From contig CAXXKA010000004.1 in assembly GCA_963668625.2 (NCBI GenBank), positions 160,001 through 224,000 of the forward strand: a DNA stretch of 64,000 nt, written 5' to 3'. The position numbers and the translations under genes were made by a program. This stretch comes from an uncultured candidate division Zixibacteria bacterium (GTDB lineage Bacteria > Zixibacteria > MSB-5A5 > UBA10806 > 4484-95). Of the stretch, positions 21,601-30,567 are shown piece by piece (positions within the stretch are counted from its first letter, which is position 1; each line of letters starts with the position of its first letter). The notes under the pieces are model-generated. The model searched no databases, had not been told where the DNA came from, and saw nothing but the letters and a program-made list of their open reading frames with translations.

Positions 21601-22924
21601 TCCTGCTGGTGATAACGACCCTATCACGATCTCATTCGACGCCGGCTCGCTCAGCCCCGGCAATCTCACCGGTACGGTAACCGTAAACTCCAACGATCCT
21701 GAAAACGCTACGATCAATGTACCGGTTTATCTCTTCGTCGATCTTCTGGTGACAACCGATGTCGGCGTTACCGATATATTCGAACCGGCCGATTCGCTGG
21801 TTACCGAATCGGAGTTCCCGATTAAAGTCGAGGTAACGAATTTCGGCAGCGATCCGCAAACTTTCGATGTGGTATTCGAGGCATATTACCTTGATGCCCC
21901 CGCCCCGCTCTACACTACTAGCATGACAATTTCGAATATGCCGGACAGCAGTACCGGCGAATACACTTTCCCCAACGGATTTACTCCGGATATCGACACC
22001 ACCTATACCTTCATCGCTTACACCGACCTGGCAGGCGATCAGGTACCGGGCAACGATAGCTTCGAGAAATCGGCCAGGGCGTATAATTTCGTGAGTATAT
22101 GGTACGGCAATCTCGATTTGAGTCCGGTCGAGGCGCCTGTAGGTGAAATGGGTATGGTTGATGTTTACATCCGTACACCGGCAAATGCCTACGTAGCCGA
22201 TATGCATCTCTGTCTCGGTTCGGATGATTCCTACATCGTAAGTTCGGTCAGCGATTCCAACGGCGCGGTGTATTATCCCCTGACAGAATGGTCATCGGCG
22301 TTTTTCATTGGCCCTTACGGCTCGCCGCCGAATGACGAGGGTTGGAGCAGTGAATCTCTTATCGGCTTCTCGCGTCTCTCGCGTACCCTGGATGACAATC
22401 CCTGGCTGTATTCCGAGACGCCGTTAAAAATCGCTTCCTTCGCCAAGGTTTATATAAATGATGACGGCTATGTCGGCGAGGCATTCCCGGCGCTTGGCCC
22501 CGGCATCAATCCGGTTCAAGGCCCCACTAACGTTGGTGATACGCTCGGCGGATTAGGTTATTCCGCAATCGAAATGTTCAGTGAGATAGTGTTTACCGAG
22601 CCGGCCTCGGGGTGCGATTACATGCCCGGTGATGTTAACGGCGATAAAACGATTATCGGTAGTGATGTTACCTACGCGGTCAACTATTTCAGGTCGATAG
22701 GCGATCCCCCGCCTGATAGCTGCTGGAACGAAAGCACTGACGATTGGCTGTATTCGGCGGCCGATTGTAACGGCGACTGTCTGTTCATCGGCGCGGATGT
22801 TACCTACCTGGTGAACTATTTCCGTGGTTTCAATCAGATGCTATACTGCCCTGACACTCCGCCATTGGACCCGGGCCTGGTAGCAGGCAGCCAGCCGGGA
22901 AAATATCCCGCGAACCGGAAATAG
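18674..22924 (+). CDS. Secreted S8 serine protease (bacillopeptidase F-like) with Ig/carboxypeptidase-regulatory-like and C-terminal dockerin-like domains
   Basis: Triad motifs IDTGVD, HGTHTMG, GTSMACPH; oxyanion FAAGN; C-terminal PGDVNGD...SDVTYAVNYFR...ADCNGD...ADVTYLVNYFRG. RBS AAGGA before ATG 18674. Confidence 0.92.
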   Translation: MSFQGVTLKPGMYLPVLLIIASLFLSGTALAGEIKPPLDELIDKAETGEMIKVIAVLKDKIDNQELDNRLKARKANLQQRHFEVISSLQEKATITQSPALDLLSELENRGQVKDIKNFWITNAIAFRGTKEAIERVANHEDIALVSFDMPVELIEPVKSSNHSEPLTASHSQGLDVMNAPAVWAMGYTGAGRLVSNIDTGVDGSHPALSPSWRGNNGHPASECWYDPVNGTTTPTDDGSHGTHTMGTICGRSNTTYDTVGVAIDAQWISVSVIDVSGSTTSDVIDCFEFIADPDGNPATMDDVPDVASNSWGWSPLFHGVPACDTTFWDVMDATENAGVVVVFAAGNEGDYGSSSLRTPSDRATTAYNAFSVGAIDGHTAGYPIAYFSSLGPSTCASGDLNIKPEVVAPGVDIYSSIPGGGYSGDWSGTSMACPHIAGAVAIIRQVNPGLTVDQVKEIIIQSCVDLGSPGQDNTFGNGYLDLLTAVQLAGTGFGWIEGYVRDDVYNNPLPATVSLEGTSISTVCNAQGYFMLGAAPDTTYTVVASYSGYGQDDAQVYVILDDTVSQNFFLSPPLIDYSPVSFNVSVPPGETTDRDLTITNTGSGTLNYSLATEIYDFVNRETGESVPVALSAPQPEPLGYRMSDSDKPGAGMEPYYPPVVTGQGGPDTYGYTWIDSDEAGGPPATWIDISGSGNTVDLDDDDTVNVSIGFSFPFYENTYTSLYICSNGFVIFGTPDVEFDNEAIPNTGTPNNMIAALWDDLAPHRGIGSVMHYYDSANNRFIVSWIGIPFYYSTGAVNAQIVIYPNGIIECNYQTLDGGTHGLDEATIGLENSSGTDGLQVCFNQSYIHSNMSILFSSGYWLSVDPASGSVNSGYSDIVDVIFDATELEEGTYDGNINLYNNSANNDDIDIPVTLHVSDTPTPLIELSVSAIYDTVYAGYSTNYELVITNSGDTTLTYSISDNRAWIDESPSGGDIPAGDNDPITISFDAGSLSPGNLTGTVTVNSNDPENATINVPVYLFVDLLVTTDVGVTDIFEPADSLVTESEFPIKVEVTNFGSDPQTFDVVFEAYYLDAPAPLYTTSMTISNMPDSSTGEYTFPNGFTPDIDTTYTFIAYTDLAGDQVPGNDSFEKSARAYNFVSIWYGNLDLSPVEAPVGEMGMVDVYIRTPANAYVADMHLCLGSDDSYIVSSVSDSNGAVYYPLTEWSSAFFIGPYGSPPNDEGWSSESLIGFSRLSRTLDDNPWLYSETPLKIASFAKVYINDDGYVGEAFPALGPGINPVQGPTNVGDTLGGLGYSAIEMFSEIVFTEPASGCDYMPGDVNGDKTIIGSDVTYAVNYFRSIGDPPPDSCWNESTDDWLYSAADCNGDCLFIGADVTYLVNYFRGFNQMLYCPDTPPLDPGLVAGSQPGKYPANRK

Positions 22925-22948
22925 TATCGAATAGATAATTAGTCTCAG

Positions 22949-22974
22949 GGGCGTTCGTTTGAACGCCCTTTTTT
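22949..22974 (+). terminator. Intrinsic terminator
   Basis: GGGCGTTC-GTTT-GAACGCCC-TTTTTT. Confidence 0.8.
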
Positions 22975-23283
22975 ATTGATATTAAAAACCACGGGTTACA
23001 ACGATGTGTCCGTTTAAAGAGAAGCGTTTATATTTAATTTCTTGTTTCCGAACTCCGGTTTGGAAACAGATGTATTCGAGAAACTTGGTTTCTATTTTGA
23101 TTTGCCTATCGATTGAATGTCAAAACGAGGTTTTTGGAATACGGTAGGCCGTGTGTGATCCGACACGAATGAACAGGCCGGTCACGATTCAACACGACCG
23201 GCCCTAATGAAATTAGCTATCCGTTATTAATATCGATTGTTCAATCGAAGGATAGTTATGTAATAATCCTCGATTCGAGTTTA

Positions 23284-23670
23284 TTAGCTGGTGCCTCTCA
23301 GTTTTGCCTCTGTCTTCGATATTAACCGATCGACCTTGCGGTTAACGCAGGCACGCGCCACTCGCTCGGCGGTATCTTCTCCCACACCGGTTACCTCAAT
23401 TATTTTATCGATCGCTTTATCGAGCCAGACCGACCAATGAGCATCGGGATAACGACCGGCGAAATAGTCAGTGACATCATCGGCAATAACCAGCAGGTGA
23501 TGCGCCGTGCTGCGCGCCAGCTCGGTTTTCAAAAGCGGCAGCAGGTATTTTTTAGCAATGAATCCGAGGGCGATTATAAGAAGCGAAATAACCGCCTCGA
23601 GACCTTTATCGCCGATAAATCCGAATATGCTGCCGAACAAACCGGCTTTGATTACGATTAACTCCTGCAT
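23284..23670 (-). CDS. Small membrane protein, holin-like (LL-H-type architecture)
   Basis: N-terminal hydrophobic helix (AVISLLIIALGFIAKKYLLP) followed by an amphipathic helical domain; last gene of the cluster. Confidence 0.45.
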   Translation of the reverse strand: MQELIVIKAGLFGSIFGFIGDKGLEAVISLLIIALGFIAKKYLLPLLKTELARSTAHHLLVIADDVTDYFAGRYPDAHWSVWLDKAIDKIIEVTGVGEDTAERVARACVNRKVDRLISKTEAKLRGTS

Positions 23671-23707
23671 TTATCCTCCTGTGATATTTATCATTATGAA
23701 ATTGAAT

Positions 23708-25096
23708 TTATTGAAGCTCCCAGCCGGGGTATTGAGGCACGCTTCTATTTATCCGATAGATCACACCCTCATCATTTTTGACAGTGAACAGGTATTTCAA
23801 ATCGGGATCGGATAGAAGCGGGCTGGAAATGATATCCATACACCAGTAACCCGAGCTATCGGTGTGGGCAGATTTGGTAAACGGGGTGATAACGGCATTA
23901 CCGAAACGAACGGGATGATACTCCCTGGGAATCTCGGCGGTGATCGTGATACCCGACAAGCTATCGCCCGAGATATCATACACCCAACCATAAACGCGGC
24001 ACAGTCCCGGCAGCGGCGGCTCGCCCGGATCGAATCGTCCCATGTACAGGCTGTCGGTTCCGCCGCCCTCCTCGACAACCAGCGTATCGAGTATCTGGTT
24101 GTGACCGTTGGCGGTCAGCTCGATCCAGTAGCTATCGGGATCTAGCGCTAAATATATCACGCCATCATTGTCGGCAACGATGCCGGAGGCTTTCAATGTC
24201 GTTTGATCCAGCGATCTCACACTCAATCGCGCACCCTGCAAACGCGATAAATCGGTTGCCGAAAATACGATCAATGTCTCCGGTTCGGTTCCGCCACCGG
24301 GAATGGCTACCGATACTAAATCATCCCTGATATTATTACCCGGGCCGGCCATACCGGAATAGTAACCGAGTTTATCGTGAATCGAGGTGTAGCCATCCAG
24401 AGTATGACCATGTTTGCCGACATAAATGCGCACGGTATCGAGCTGGTCTTTTATATTGCCGGTACCGGCGCAGCCATCATAGCCAAGCCCCAGCTTCATG
24501 TTCAGAGTCGGGATCGGCATTGAGCGGAAGGGGCTGCCCACCCAGGCGTATATCGAATCCGCCCTCATGGCGACCTCGAGCAATGAATCGGGGATAGAGC
24601 CGGCGGCTATGGCATAATGAGCGAACGATCCGGCCCCGGTATCGACAACAGCCGAATCAGCCATCAACGCGGACAGTATGGCATTGTAAATATCGAGTGA
24701 ATCGAGTTGTTGATCCAATGGGTTCTGCCCTACATAGTAGTTATGATTGGCCATCGAGTAATAATTGCCGTTGCCCGAACCGCAGGCATGTACGATATAC
24801 TGCCCGATATTTTCGCCGGCGCGATATCTTTTCATGTATAAACCGCCACTGTACCCAAACATGCCGGGTGAACTAATTGTATCGGCGGTGATCGTATCGC
24901 CGCCGGGAGAGTACCGATATATGAATAGAGTATCCGGCTGCTCGAATTTCAACGCCAGCGAATCCCACATACTGATATACACCCACACCGAATCATCAGC
25001 AGAGTCGTCGCCGTTATCGTAGTATCCTAAAAAATCCGCCATCGTAAATGCGGCGCCCAATAAGCAAATCAACAATATCGCAAACAGTTTTCTCAT
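23708..25096 (-). CDS. Signal-peptide-bearing protein of the phage-like cluster, with C-terminal Ig/carboxypeptidase-regulatory-like domains
   Basis: MRKLFAILLICLLGAAFTMA|D; internal duplicated motif KLG..Y.G.AG.G.NI.D.L; C-terminal CRVYGWVYD...TDSSGYW. Confidence 0.6.
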   Translation of the reverse strand: MRKLFAILLICLLGAAFTMADFLGYYDNGDDSADDSVWVYISMWDSLALKFEQPDTLFIYRYSPGGDTITADTISSPGMFGYSGGLYMKRYRAGENIGQYIVHACGSGNGNYYSMANHNYYVGQNPLDQQLDSLDIYNAILSALMADSAVVDTGAGSFAHYAIAAGSIPDSLLEVAMRADSIYAWVGSPFRSMPIPTLNMKLGLGYDGCAGTGNIKDQLDTVRIYVGKHGHTLDGYTSIHDKLGYYSGMAGPGNNIRDDLVSVAIPGGGTEPETLIVFSATDLSRLQGARLSVRSLDQTTLKASGIVADNDGVIYLALDPDSYWIELTANGHNQILDTLVVEEGGGTDSLYMGRFDPGEPPLPGLCRVYGWVYDISGDSLSGITITAEIPREYHPVRFGNAVITPFTKSAHTDSSGYWCMDIISSPLLSDPDLKYLFTVKNDEGVIYRINRSVPQYPGWELQ

Positions 25097-26343
25097 TAAA
25101 AACCTTTCCTAATCTTTCGGGATCTTATGTAGCTATCAACCTGACCCGAGCCTTCCTCGTATTGAACATACACGCTGTAACGATAGCCATTGGCGGAATA
25201 ACCGGACAGGCTATCGTTTGTCCCCCAATCAGTATAGTCATAGCGTTGCTCGAATCCCCACTGACCGGTATAGTCGGCGCACACACGAAGACAGTAATTG
25301 CAATCCTCGCGCCCCTGCCATGAAACAATGTAGTCATCATCCCCGGTGAGCATGCCCGATATCGTACCGCTTATCCATTGACCATCCTCCGGCCCGGTAC
25401 CGAAATTGGTTATAGCGATCTTGTCCCCCGTAGCGATCTTATCACATCCGCCAGGCGTGGAATCGTAGCTGTAGACTATTACAGTGGCGGTACAGGCCGC
25501 GACTGGAGTCGTGCGGTAGGCGCAGATATGAGCCGAAAGTAGTTCACCGGCCGCCTCGTACGGGTCATCATAGTTAACGCGATGGCTGAAATTGACCGTT
25601 TCCAAATGCGCGCCGATTACGCCTTTATCGGTGTAACCGAATGCCGGATCGACTACGATCGGATAGACGGCGTTTTCGATGAAAGTTTCAGGGATTATCA
25701 AGGTCAGCAAGCTCAAAGTCGTGTCGATATCAATCTCGCATCTGACCGTATCATCGCTGCTATCCCAGGCGCTCGGGCAATAAATATGGAATGCTTTCCC
25801 CCGGACGCCGTCACCTGACATATGATAAACGGCATATGAGCCGGGAATATCATCATTAAACTGCCAATCGAGGCGATGGGCCTCGAACGTATCCGGCTGC
25901 TGGTAGTAGAAAATCAGATACTCCGTGTCTATCGTATATATCAATCGGTTCGATTCGGGTTGGCCGTTTAATACTATCTCCCATTCCAGCATCTCTGATG
26001 ATTTCATGTAGATATCATGCCTGTCGGCGTTTTCGTATAGGCAGGCTCTCGAATCGGCCAGATTCAGCGAGTCGGTATCGGGTAAGATTACTTTCAGATA
26101 GCCGGAGTCGAGACGGTCGGATATCGTGAATCCGTAAAAATTATCGGTGCTATCGGCTTTGCCAATCATTACCCTGCGTATATCCTGCTCATCGCTGAAT
26201 CTAATCATACTTGAACCGGCTGCCGTATCAATTACAATCTCATAAGATGAATACGAATCATCACACTCCCCACCGCTGCAAGAATAAAGCATGAGCTCGG
26301 CCAGCAGCAAAACAAGAGCAGGTATATTCGGTCTTTTAATCAT
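25096..26343 (-). CDS. Exported (possible lipoprotein) virion-like protein
   Basis: Start MIKRPNIPALVLLLAELMLYSC. The segment GSYAVYH...GKAFHIY.P.A.D...YPIVVDPAFGY resembles phage structural proteins (from memory, not searched). Confidence 0.55.
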   Translation of the reverse strand: MIKRPNIPALVLLLAELMLYSCSGGECDDSYSSYEIVIDTAAGSSMIRFSDEQDIRRVMIGKADSTDNFYGFTISDRLDSGYLKVILPDTDSLNLADSRACLYENADRHDIYMKSSEMLEWEIVLNGQPESNRLIYTIDTEYLIFYYQQPDTFEAHRLDWQFNDDIPGSYAVYHMSGDGVRGKAFHIYCPSAWDSSDDTVRCEIDIDTTLSLLTLIIPETFIENAVYPIVVDPAFGYTDKGVIGAHLETVNFSHRVNYDDPYEAAGELLSAHICAYRTTPVAACTATVIVYSYDSTPGGCDKIATGDKIAITNFGTGPEDGQWISGTISGMLTGDDDYIVSWQGREDCNYCLRVCADYTGQWGFEQRYDYTDWGTNDSLSGYSANGYRYSVYVQYEEGSGQVDSYIRSRKIRKGF

Positions 26344-26359
26344 TTTGAAATCCTCACCT

Positions 26360-27172
26360 TCAGGCCTTTCCCGGAGACTTAAAAGTACCGAACGAGCCGA
26401 TGAATTTTTCCAGAAGATTATAAGCATCCCGCTTGTATTGATCTGATAAAGCCGACCAAGTGGCGCTGATATTGTTGTTCGATCCCGAGGACACCGCCCA
26501 CATTGCCTTTATCCTGCAAATAACCGAAATCGATAAGTAAGTCTCGGCGACGACCAGTGATCTGTCGGTGGAAGACGAGTATACCGAATCGATGAAATTC
26601 AACACTTGCTCGTTAGCCTCGCTGATAGCGTTGGCGATTGTCTCATCGGTGATAAAAACATGCTCGGTGGTGTAGTCGACATACAGCCATTGGCCGATCT
26701 CGATATCGCCCGGGGCCAGGCGTTTGATAGCCCCCGTTTGATAGTCGATCGAGTAATCGACACCTCGGGTGTATACCCGGAAAGGCATATACCAGATCGA
26801 TATGTTTTCCCAATGGGGTATATCGCCGTCAGGGATGAGCGATATCACGCCGGTATTGTATTCGATCGTATAATCGATATTTTCCCTGTAAATATGTCCC
26901 AGCGAGCTATCGGAGGCGACCACTACCGAATCACGGATGAGGTTGTTCTTTACGAGAGCCACCTGGTTTTGCTCCTCGAAAATGATATCCTGATAATCGG
27001 GTTTGATCTGCTCTTTGGCTTTCACTTTCTCGGAGTTTTCGGTAACCGGCGGATAGCGAACCAACCCGGCGGAGTTATCATCGATTTTGACAGGCTCGGA
27101 ATCGATCTCGCTTATGGAGATATGATTTTCGAGTATATGTTTTCTCACGGTATCAATAGTCGTAAAACTCAT
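26360..27172 (-). CDS. Head-tail connector/adaptor-like protein with duplicated beta insertion
   Basis: N-terminal FTTIDTVR and C-terminal ITDETIANAISEANEQV helical connector pattern; two copies of Y....DY.I.Y.TG.I.....GDI. Confidence 0.5.
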   Translation of the reverse strand: MSFTTIDTVRKHILENHISISEIDSEPVKIDDNSAGLVRYPPVTENSEKVKAKEQIKPDYQDIIFEEQNQVALVKNNLIRDSVVVASDSSLGHIYRENIDYTIEYNTGVISLIPDGDIPHWENISIWYMPFRVYTRGVDYSIDYQTGAIKRLAPGDIEIGQWLYVDYTTEHVFITDETIANAISEANEQVLNFIDSVYSSSTDRSLVVAETYLSISVICRIKAMWAVSSGSNNNISATWSALSDQYKRDAYNLLEKFIGSFGTFKSPGKA

Positions 27173-27552
27173 GGCAGATCAACCTCCATAATTAACAGAT
27201 CAACCAGGCCGTCCTGGCTCGTGTCATGGTCGGGAATTTCGCGGGCAACCGAGAACCCGTTCGATGAGGGTTGCCCTACCAAATAGCAATGAGAGGAGTT
27301 ACGAGGTATCAGCATCACAACCGGATTGTTGATTTCTCCGGGCAACCGGTTCCCCCTCGAGTCAACCAGTTCATCGTAGCTGATAACCTGGCTTTTACCG
27401 CCGATAGACTCATCGGAGTACATGACTCGTTTCGTGCCGGCATGTTCGGTCATCAGCATACGGACGGATACGGCCTCGCTGTTGCCCCAGACGAGCAGGT
27501 TTCGCACCAGCCATTTTCGATTGCTTTTCAAATAGTCGAGTGTCAGGTTCAT
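27169..27552 (-). CDS. Hypothetical protein of the phage-like cluster
   Basis: 127-aa ORF with 4-bp overlaps to both neighbours. Confidence 0.6.
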   Translation of the reverse strand: MNLTLDYLKSNRKWLVRNLLVWGNSEAVSVRMLMTEHAGTKRVMYSDESIGGKSQVISYDELVDSRGNRLPGEINNPVVMLIPRNSSHCYLVGQPSSNGFSVAREIPDHDTSQDGLVDLLIMEVDLP

Positions 27553-28976
27553 ACGCTCCCCCTTGCCAGGCTGAGATCATCGCATTTCGGCACGGCCGTA
27601 ATCTGCGTTCCGATCGGTGGTACGGTAAGTTCGACTGCCACCCGGGCACGAACCCAGTATTTAAACACTCCGTTGACCGTGCAGCCCTGCCAGTTGTCCG
27701 GAATGTTGGCGGTATCGTTCCAGAGATAGATTACCGTCTCGGCCTCATCCAAATCCGAATCGCCGGAGTAAGGCGAAAACGAGGCCCAGTGGCTGCCATT
27801 ATGATATTCCCATACTATAGAGCCGCCGGTCGCCGTAATCGCGAGTATGACAGACAGGCAGTAGAATTTGCTTTCGCTGCCGAAATATGCGATATCACCA
27901 GCAGCGCTAAGCAAAGCATTAGAGGCGGGATGATATATATCGGCTATGGTTTCGGAGGCTGCGTTTTCCGTAACATCCTCGTATAGCGAACTCGAGCTTT
28001 CGAACAGTTGGACACTATCCATCACCCCGATTTGCTTTACCAGGTCGAAAGAGTCGAATCCGGTAGCGTTCTTGATCGCGTATTTCGGCAAGTGACGGTT
28101 GTTACCGATGGCCGCCGCGAAAAAGATATACGGTTTCACCGATTGATATTGAACCTGCGGTGAAATCGCCCGACCTGAATACACCTCGTATAAACCGCCC
28201 AGCGAAACACCATCGAATTCGCGGAAGTAAACGCAGTTTTCCTCCGATGGCGCGAATGCTATACCAAGCTTCATATCGCCCGATAAAGCACCGTCGAAAT
28301 CCGAATCGATATACTCACCCGAGTATACCAGCAGCGAGGGTTCCCAGGCCGAGACATGTTTGCGAACGTACAGGCTAGATCTGTTTTCGGTGTATAGCGC
28401 CAACACGTAATTCGAGACACAACAGATCGAGACATATGGCATCTCGTCCGAACCGCTAGAAAGCTGTGCGCCCGTATCGGTCGGGCCGCCTCCCCAGGTT
28501 ATACCGCTATCCAGTGATGATTTCGCCTTGATTTCGTACTCCTCCTTGACCGAGTCATAGTAGGCGTACGCGCACCACAGGTCGCCCTCGATATTGCGAG
28601 CGATAACCGGGTAATAGGCCGCGCCTTCCTCGAGTACGGTACTGGGCGCGCCGCTTGTCCACATACCGCTTACGAAAGGCAGTCTGAAAAATATCAGATT
28701 GAGCGTGGTCTGTTGGACATAGATCACGTAAATATTTCCCTGGCTATCGATGCATGCCGAGGGTGGATAATCGGCGGAGTCTGTCACATGATTGTACGGA
28801 CTCGACCAGATCGTATAGGGCGGATCGGCCCAGGTGGTGGCGATAGTATTCGGTGATTCGTTATAAAGGCAAAACATCCTGCCGGCATAAGGCCCGGTAT
28901 CTATTTTCAGAAGTTTACGTTGCGGCGGTACACCCGAGGCGATGGCGGCGCTCGAGAAATCCAATAATTTATGCAT
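27549..28976 (-). CDS. Putative beta-propeller virion protein (nozzle or receptor-binding candidate)
   Basis: Asp-box-like SSLDSGITW and repeated beta-rich blades; C-terminal WEY.NG..W...VNG..KYWVRAR domain. Confidence 0.5.
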   Translation of the reverse strand: MHKLLDFSSAAIASGVPPQRKLLKIDTGPYAGRMFCLYNESPNTIATTWADPPYTIWSSPYNHVTDSADYPPSACIDSQGNIYVIYVQQTTLNLIFFRLPFVSGMWTSGAPSTVLEEGAAYYPVIARNIEGDLWCAYAYYDSVKEEYEIKAKSSLDSGITWGGGPTDTGAQLSSGSDEMPYVSICCVSNYVLALYTENRSSLYVRKHVSAWEPSLLVYSGEYIDSDFDGALSGDMKLGIAFAPSEENCVYFREFDGVSLGGLYEVYSGRAISPQVQYQSVKPYIFFAAAIGNNRHLPKYAIKNATGFDSFDLVKQIGVMDSVQLFESSSSLYEDVTENAASETIADIYHPASNALLSAAGDIAYFGSESKFYCLSVILAITATGGSIVWEYHNGSHWASFSPYSGDSDLDEAETVIYLWNDTANIPDNWQGCTVNGVFKYWVRARVAVELTVPPIGTQITAVPKCDDLSLARGSV

Positions 28977-28982
28977 AAAACG

Positions 28983-29010
28983 AAAAGGGAGCGATTAACC
29001 AACCGCTCCC
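28983..29010 (-). terminator. Intrinsic terminator directly after the capsid gene
   Basis: On the minus strand: GGGAGCGGTTGGTTAATCGCTCCCTTTT. Confidence 0.7.
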
Positions 29011-29025
29011 CTGCCTCCTTAAATT

Positions 29026-30132
29026 TTAGCTGTGGTTGATATCCAGTACTATCGCGGCATCCTCGATTATTTTAGCGTATGCTACAGACTCGGAGATTAC
29101 CGCCTCCTCGAGACGTTGCTCTATCACTTTGTCGTACTCGACTGTCAACGGTTGCGAGTAGACCTCCTCCAGCGCGAAACGATTATCCAGCCCTACGATA
29201 TAGTCGTTGGCGACCTCATCGCATCTGACCAGCGTGGCGCCCAGAGGTGAGGTGATCTCCCCCGAACTCTGGAACTTGAATCCGATCATGGGATCCTTGA
29301 ACTCGCTGATATTGAGAATGTCCCTGATCACGTTCTTGTGGCAAACCATTACGCGCGGCTGATACGGGAAAAATTCGTTGAAAAATTTAACCATGTCCTC
29401 GTAATCGAGAGTCCCGGAAACATCGGTGGTTACGATACCGGCGGAGTTATCGTTGCCATCCCCGTTGATAAGCGTATCGACCGCCATGGCCACTCTATCG
29501 GATGCCAGGCGATAACCGATGTACCACAGCAGCACCTTGAACTGGGCCATGGTCCGGTGGCGAAGCGCTTTGTATGTCACCTTGAGAGTCAAACCGTAAT
29601 CGGGGATAGTAACGGTGTTGGCCTGGTCGGTCACGAGTATCGAGGGTACCTCGGCAGCCTCGCTTATCGGTCGAAGCGACAGGCTATCATCGGTGGCGCT
29701 GGTATCGATATGGAAAGGCGTGTATCGCGAGGTGGCTACACCTGAGGTCGAGGCAATCAGTTTGCCCAGCTCGGGGCGCATGTTCTGCCCTCGTCGTATT
29801 TCCCGCATCATGAACTCCGGCATTAAAGCAGCCGCCGAACGGTAAAACATCTCCACGGTAACAGGCGAACTGCCACCGGTACGCAAACCGTGATAAGCCA
29901 ACTGGCGCTCGAAAGCATCAAGAGGCGAACCGGCGGGCGAGGGATCATACTCGGGCAGTTCGAGAAGTTCAGAAAGCGAAAGGCCGAATTTCTGCGACTC
30001 GAGATACAGATTTTTATCGATTTTGATTTTCGAGGTGTTGGAGAAATCGACCGGGCCGGCAGGTAAATCATCCCGCGAGGCTAAATCCGACATCCTGTTC
30101 ATTACTGAATTATTCATAGTATTCATATTCAC
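29026..30132 (-). CDS. Major capsid protein (HK97-like fold inferred)
   Basis: Position after the protease and decoration genes; motifs LDAFERQL, MPEF..REIRRG, ISEAAEVP, DYG..L..TY.ALR, LINGDGN, DNRFALE, EYDKVI.QRLEEAVIS. Confidence 0.8.
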   Translation of the reverse strand: MNMNTMNNSVMNRMSDLASRDDLPAGPVDFSNTSKIKIDKNLYLESQKFGLSLSELLELPEYDPSPAGSPLDAFERQLAYHGLRTGGSSPVTVEMFYRSAAALMPEFMMREIRRGQNMRPELGKLIASTSGVATSRYTPFHIDTSATDDSLSLRPISEAAEVPSILVTDQANTVTIPDYGLTLKVTYKALRHRTMAQFKVLLWYIGYRLASDRVAMAVDTLINGDGNDNSAGIVTTDVSGTLDYEDMVKFFNEFFPYQPRVMVCHKNVIRDILNISEFKDPMIGFKFQSSGEITSPLGATLVRCDEVANDYIVGLDNRFALEEVYSQPLTVEYDKVIEQRLEEAVISESVAYAKIIEDAAIVLDINHS

Positions 30133-30138
30133 TCCGGG

Positions 30139-30555
30139 TTATAAAATTATGGTAACCTCGCTCGTACCGTTAACATCAATGACCGTGCCGCGGCCGATAT
30201 TACCACCGGCGGGATCGTAACCGGTCAACGCCGGTACCTGGCGAACCGAACCGTCGCCGTCAACTACCACGGCCTCGCCGGGCGAGGGCACCGTAGCGGC
30301 AGCCGATAAACTCATCACGCCGGCTACCTGCACCGTAGCTACACGATTGTTGTCCAGATCAGTCAGTGAAAGATCAATCAGCTTGCCGATAAGCTTGTCG
30401 CCGTCGGAGCCGAGGTTGACCTCGTAATTGCCGGCCAATGCAACGGCCTTACCGATATCGCCATCGTTCAAATCGTTCTCATCCGCCGTGCGATGTACCT
30501 TGAAACTCAAATACACCGCGCCGGTGGTTTCCAGATTATGTTCTCTTATTGCCAT
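30139..30555 (-). CDS. Capsid decoration/cement-like protein
   Basis: 138-aa Gly/Val-rich beta protein immediately upstream of the capsid gene (GKAVAL...ATVQVAG...GEAVVVDGDG). Confidence 0.55.
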   Translation of the reverse strand: MAIREHNLETTGAVYLSFKVHRTADENDLNDGDIGKAVALAGNYEVNLGSDGDKLIGKLIDLSLTDLDNNRVATVQVAGVMSLSAAATVPSPGEAVVVDGDGSVRQVPALTGYDPAGGNIGRGTVIDVNGTSEVTIIL

Positions 30556-30567
30556 TTGTTCTCCTTG

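Noticed and set aside
29026-30132. Encapsulin nanocompartment
   Set aside because: The capsid gene is accompanied by portal, terminase and prohead protease, which encapsulin operons lack, and no cargo enzyme is adjacent.
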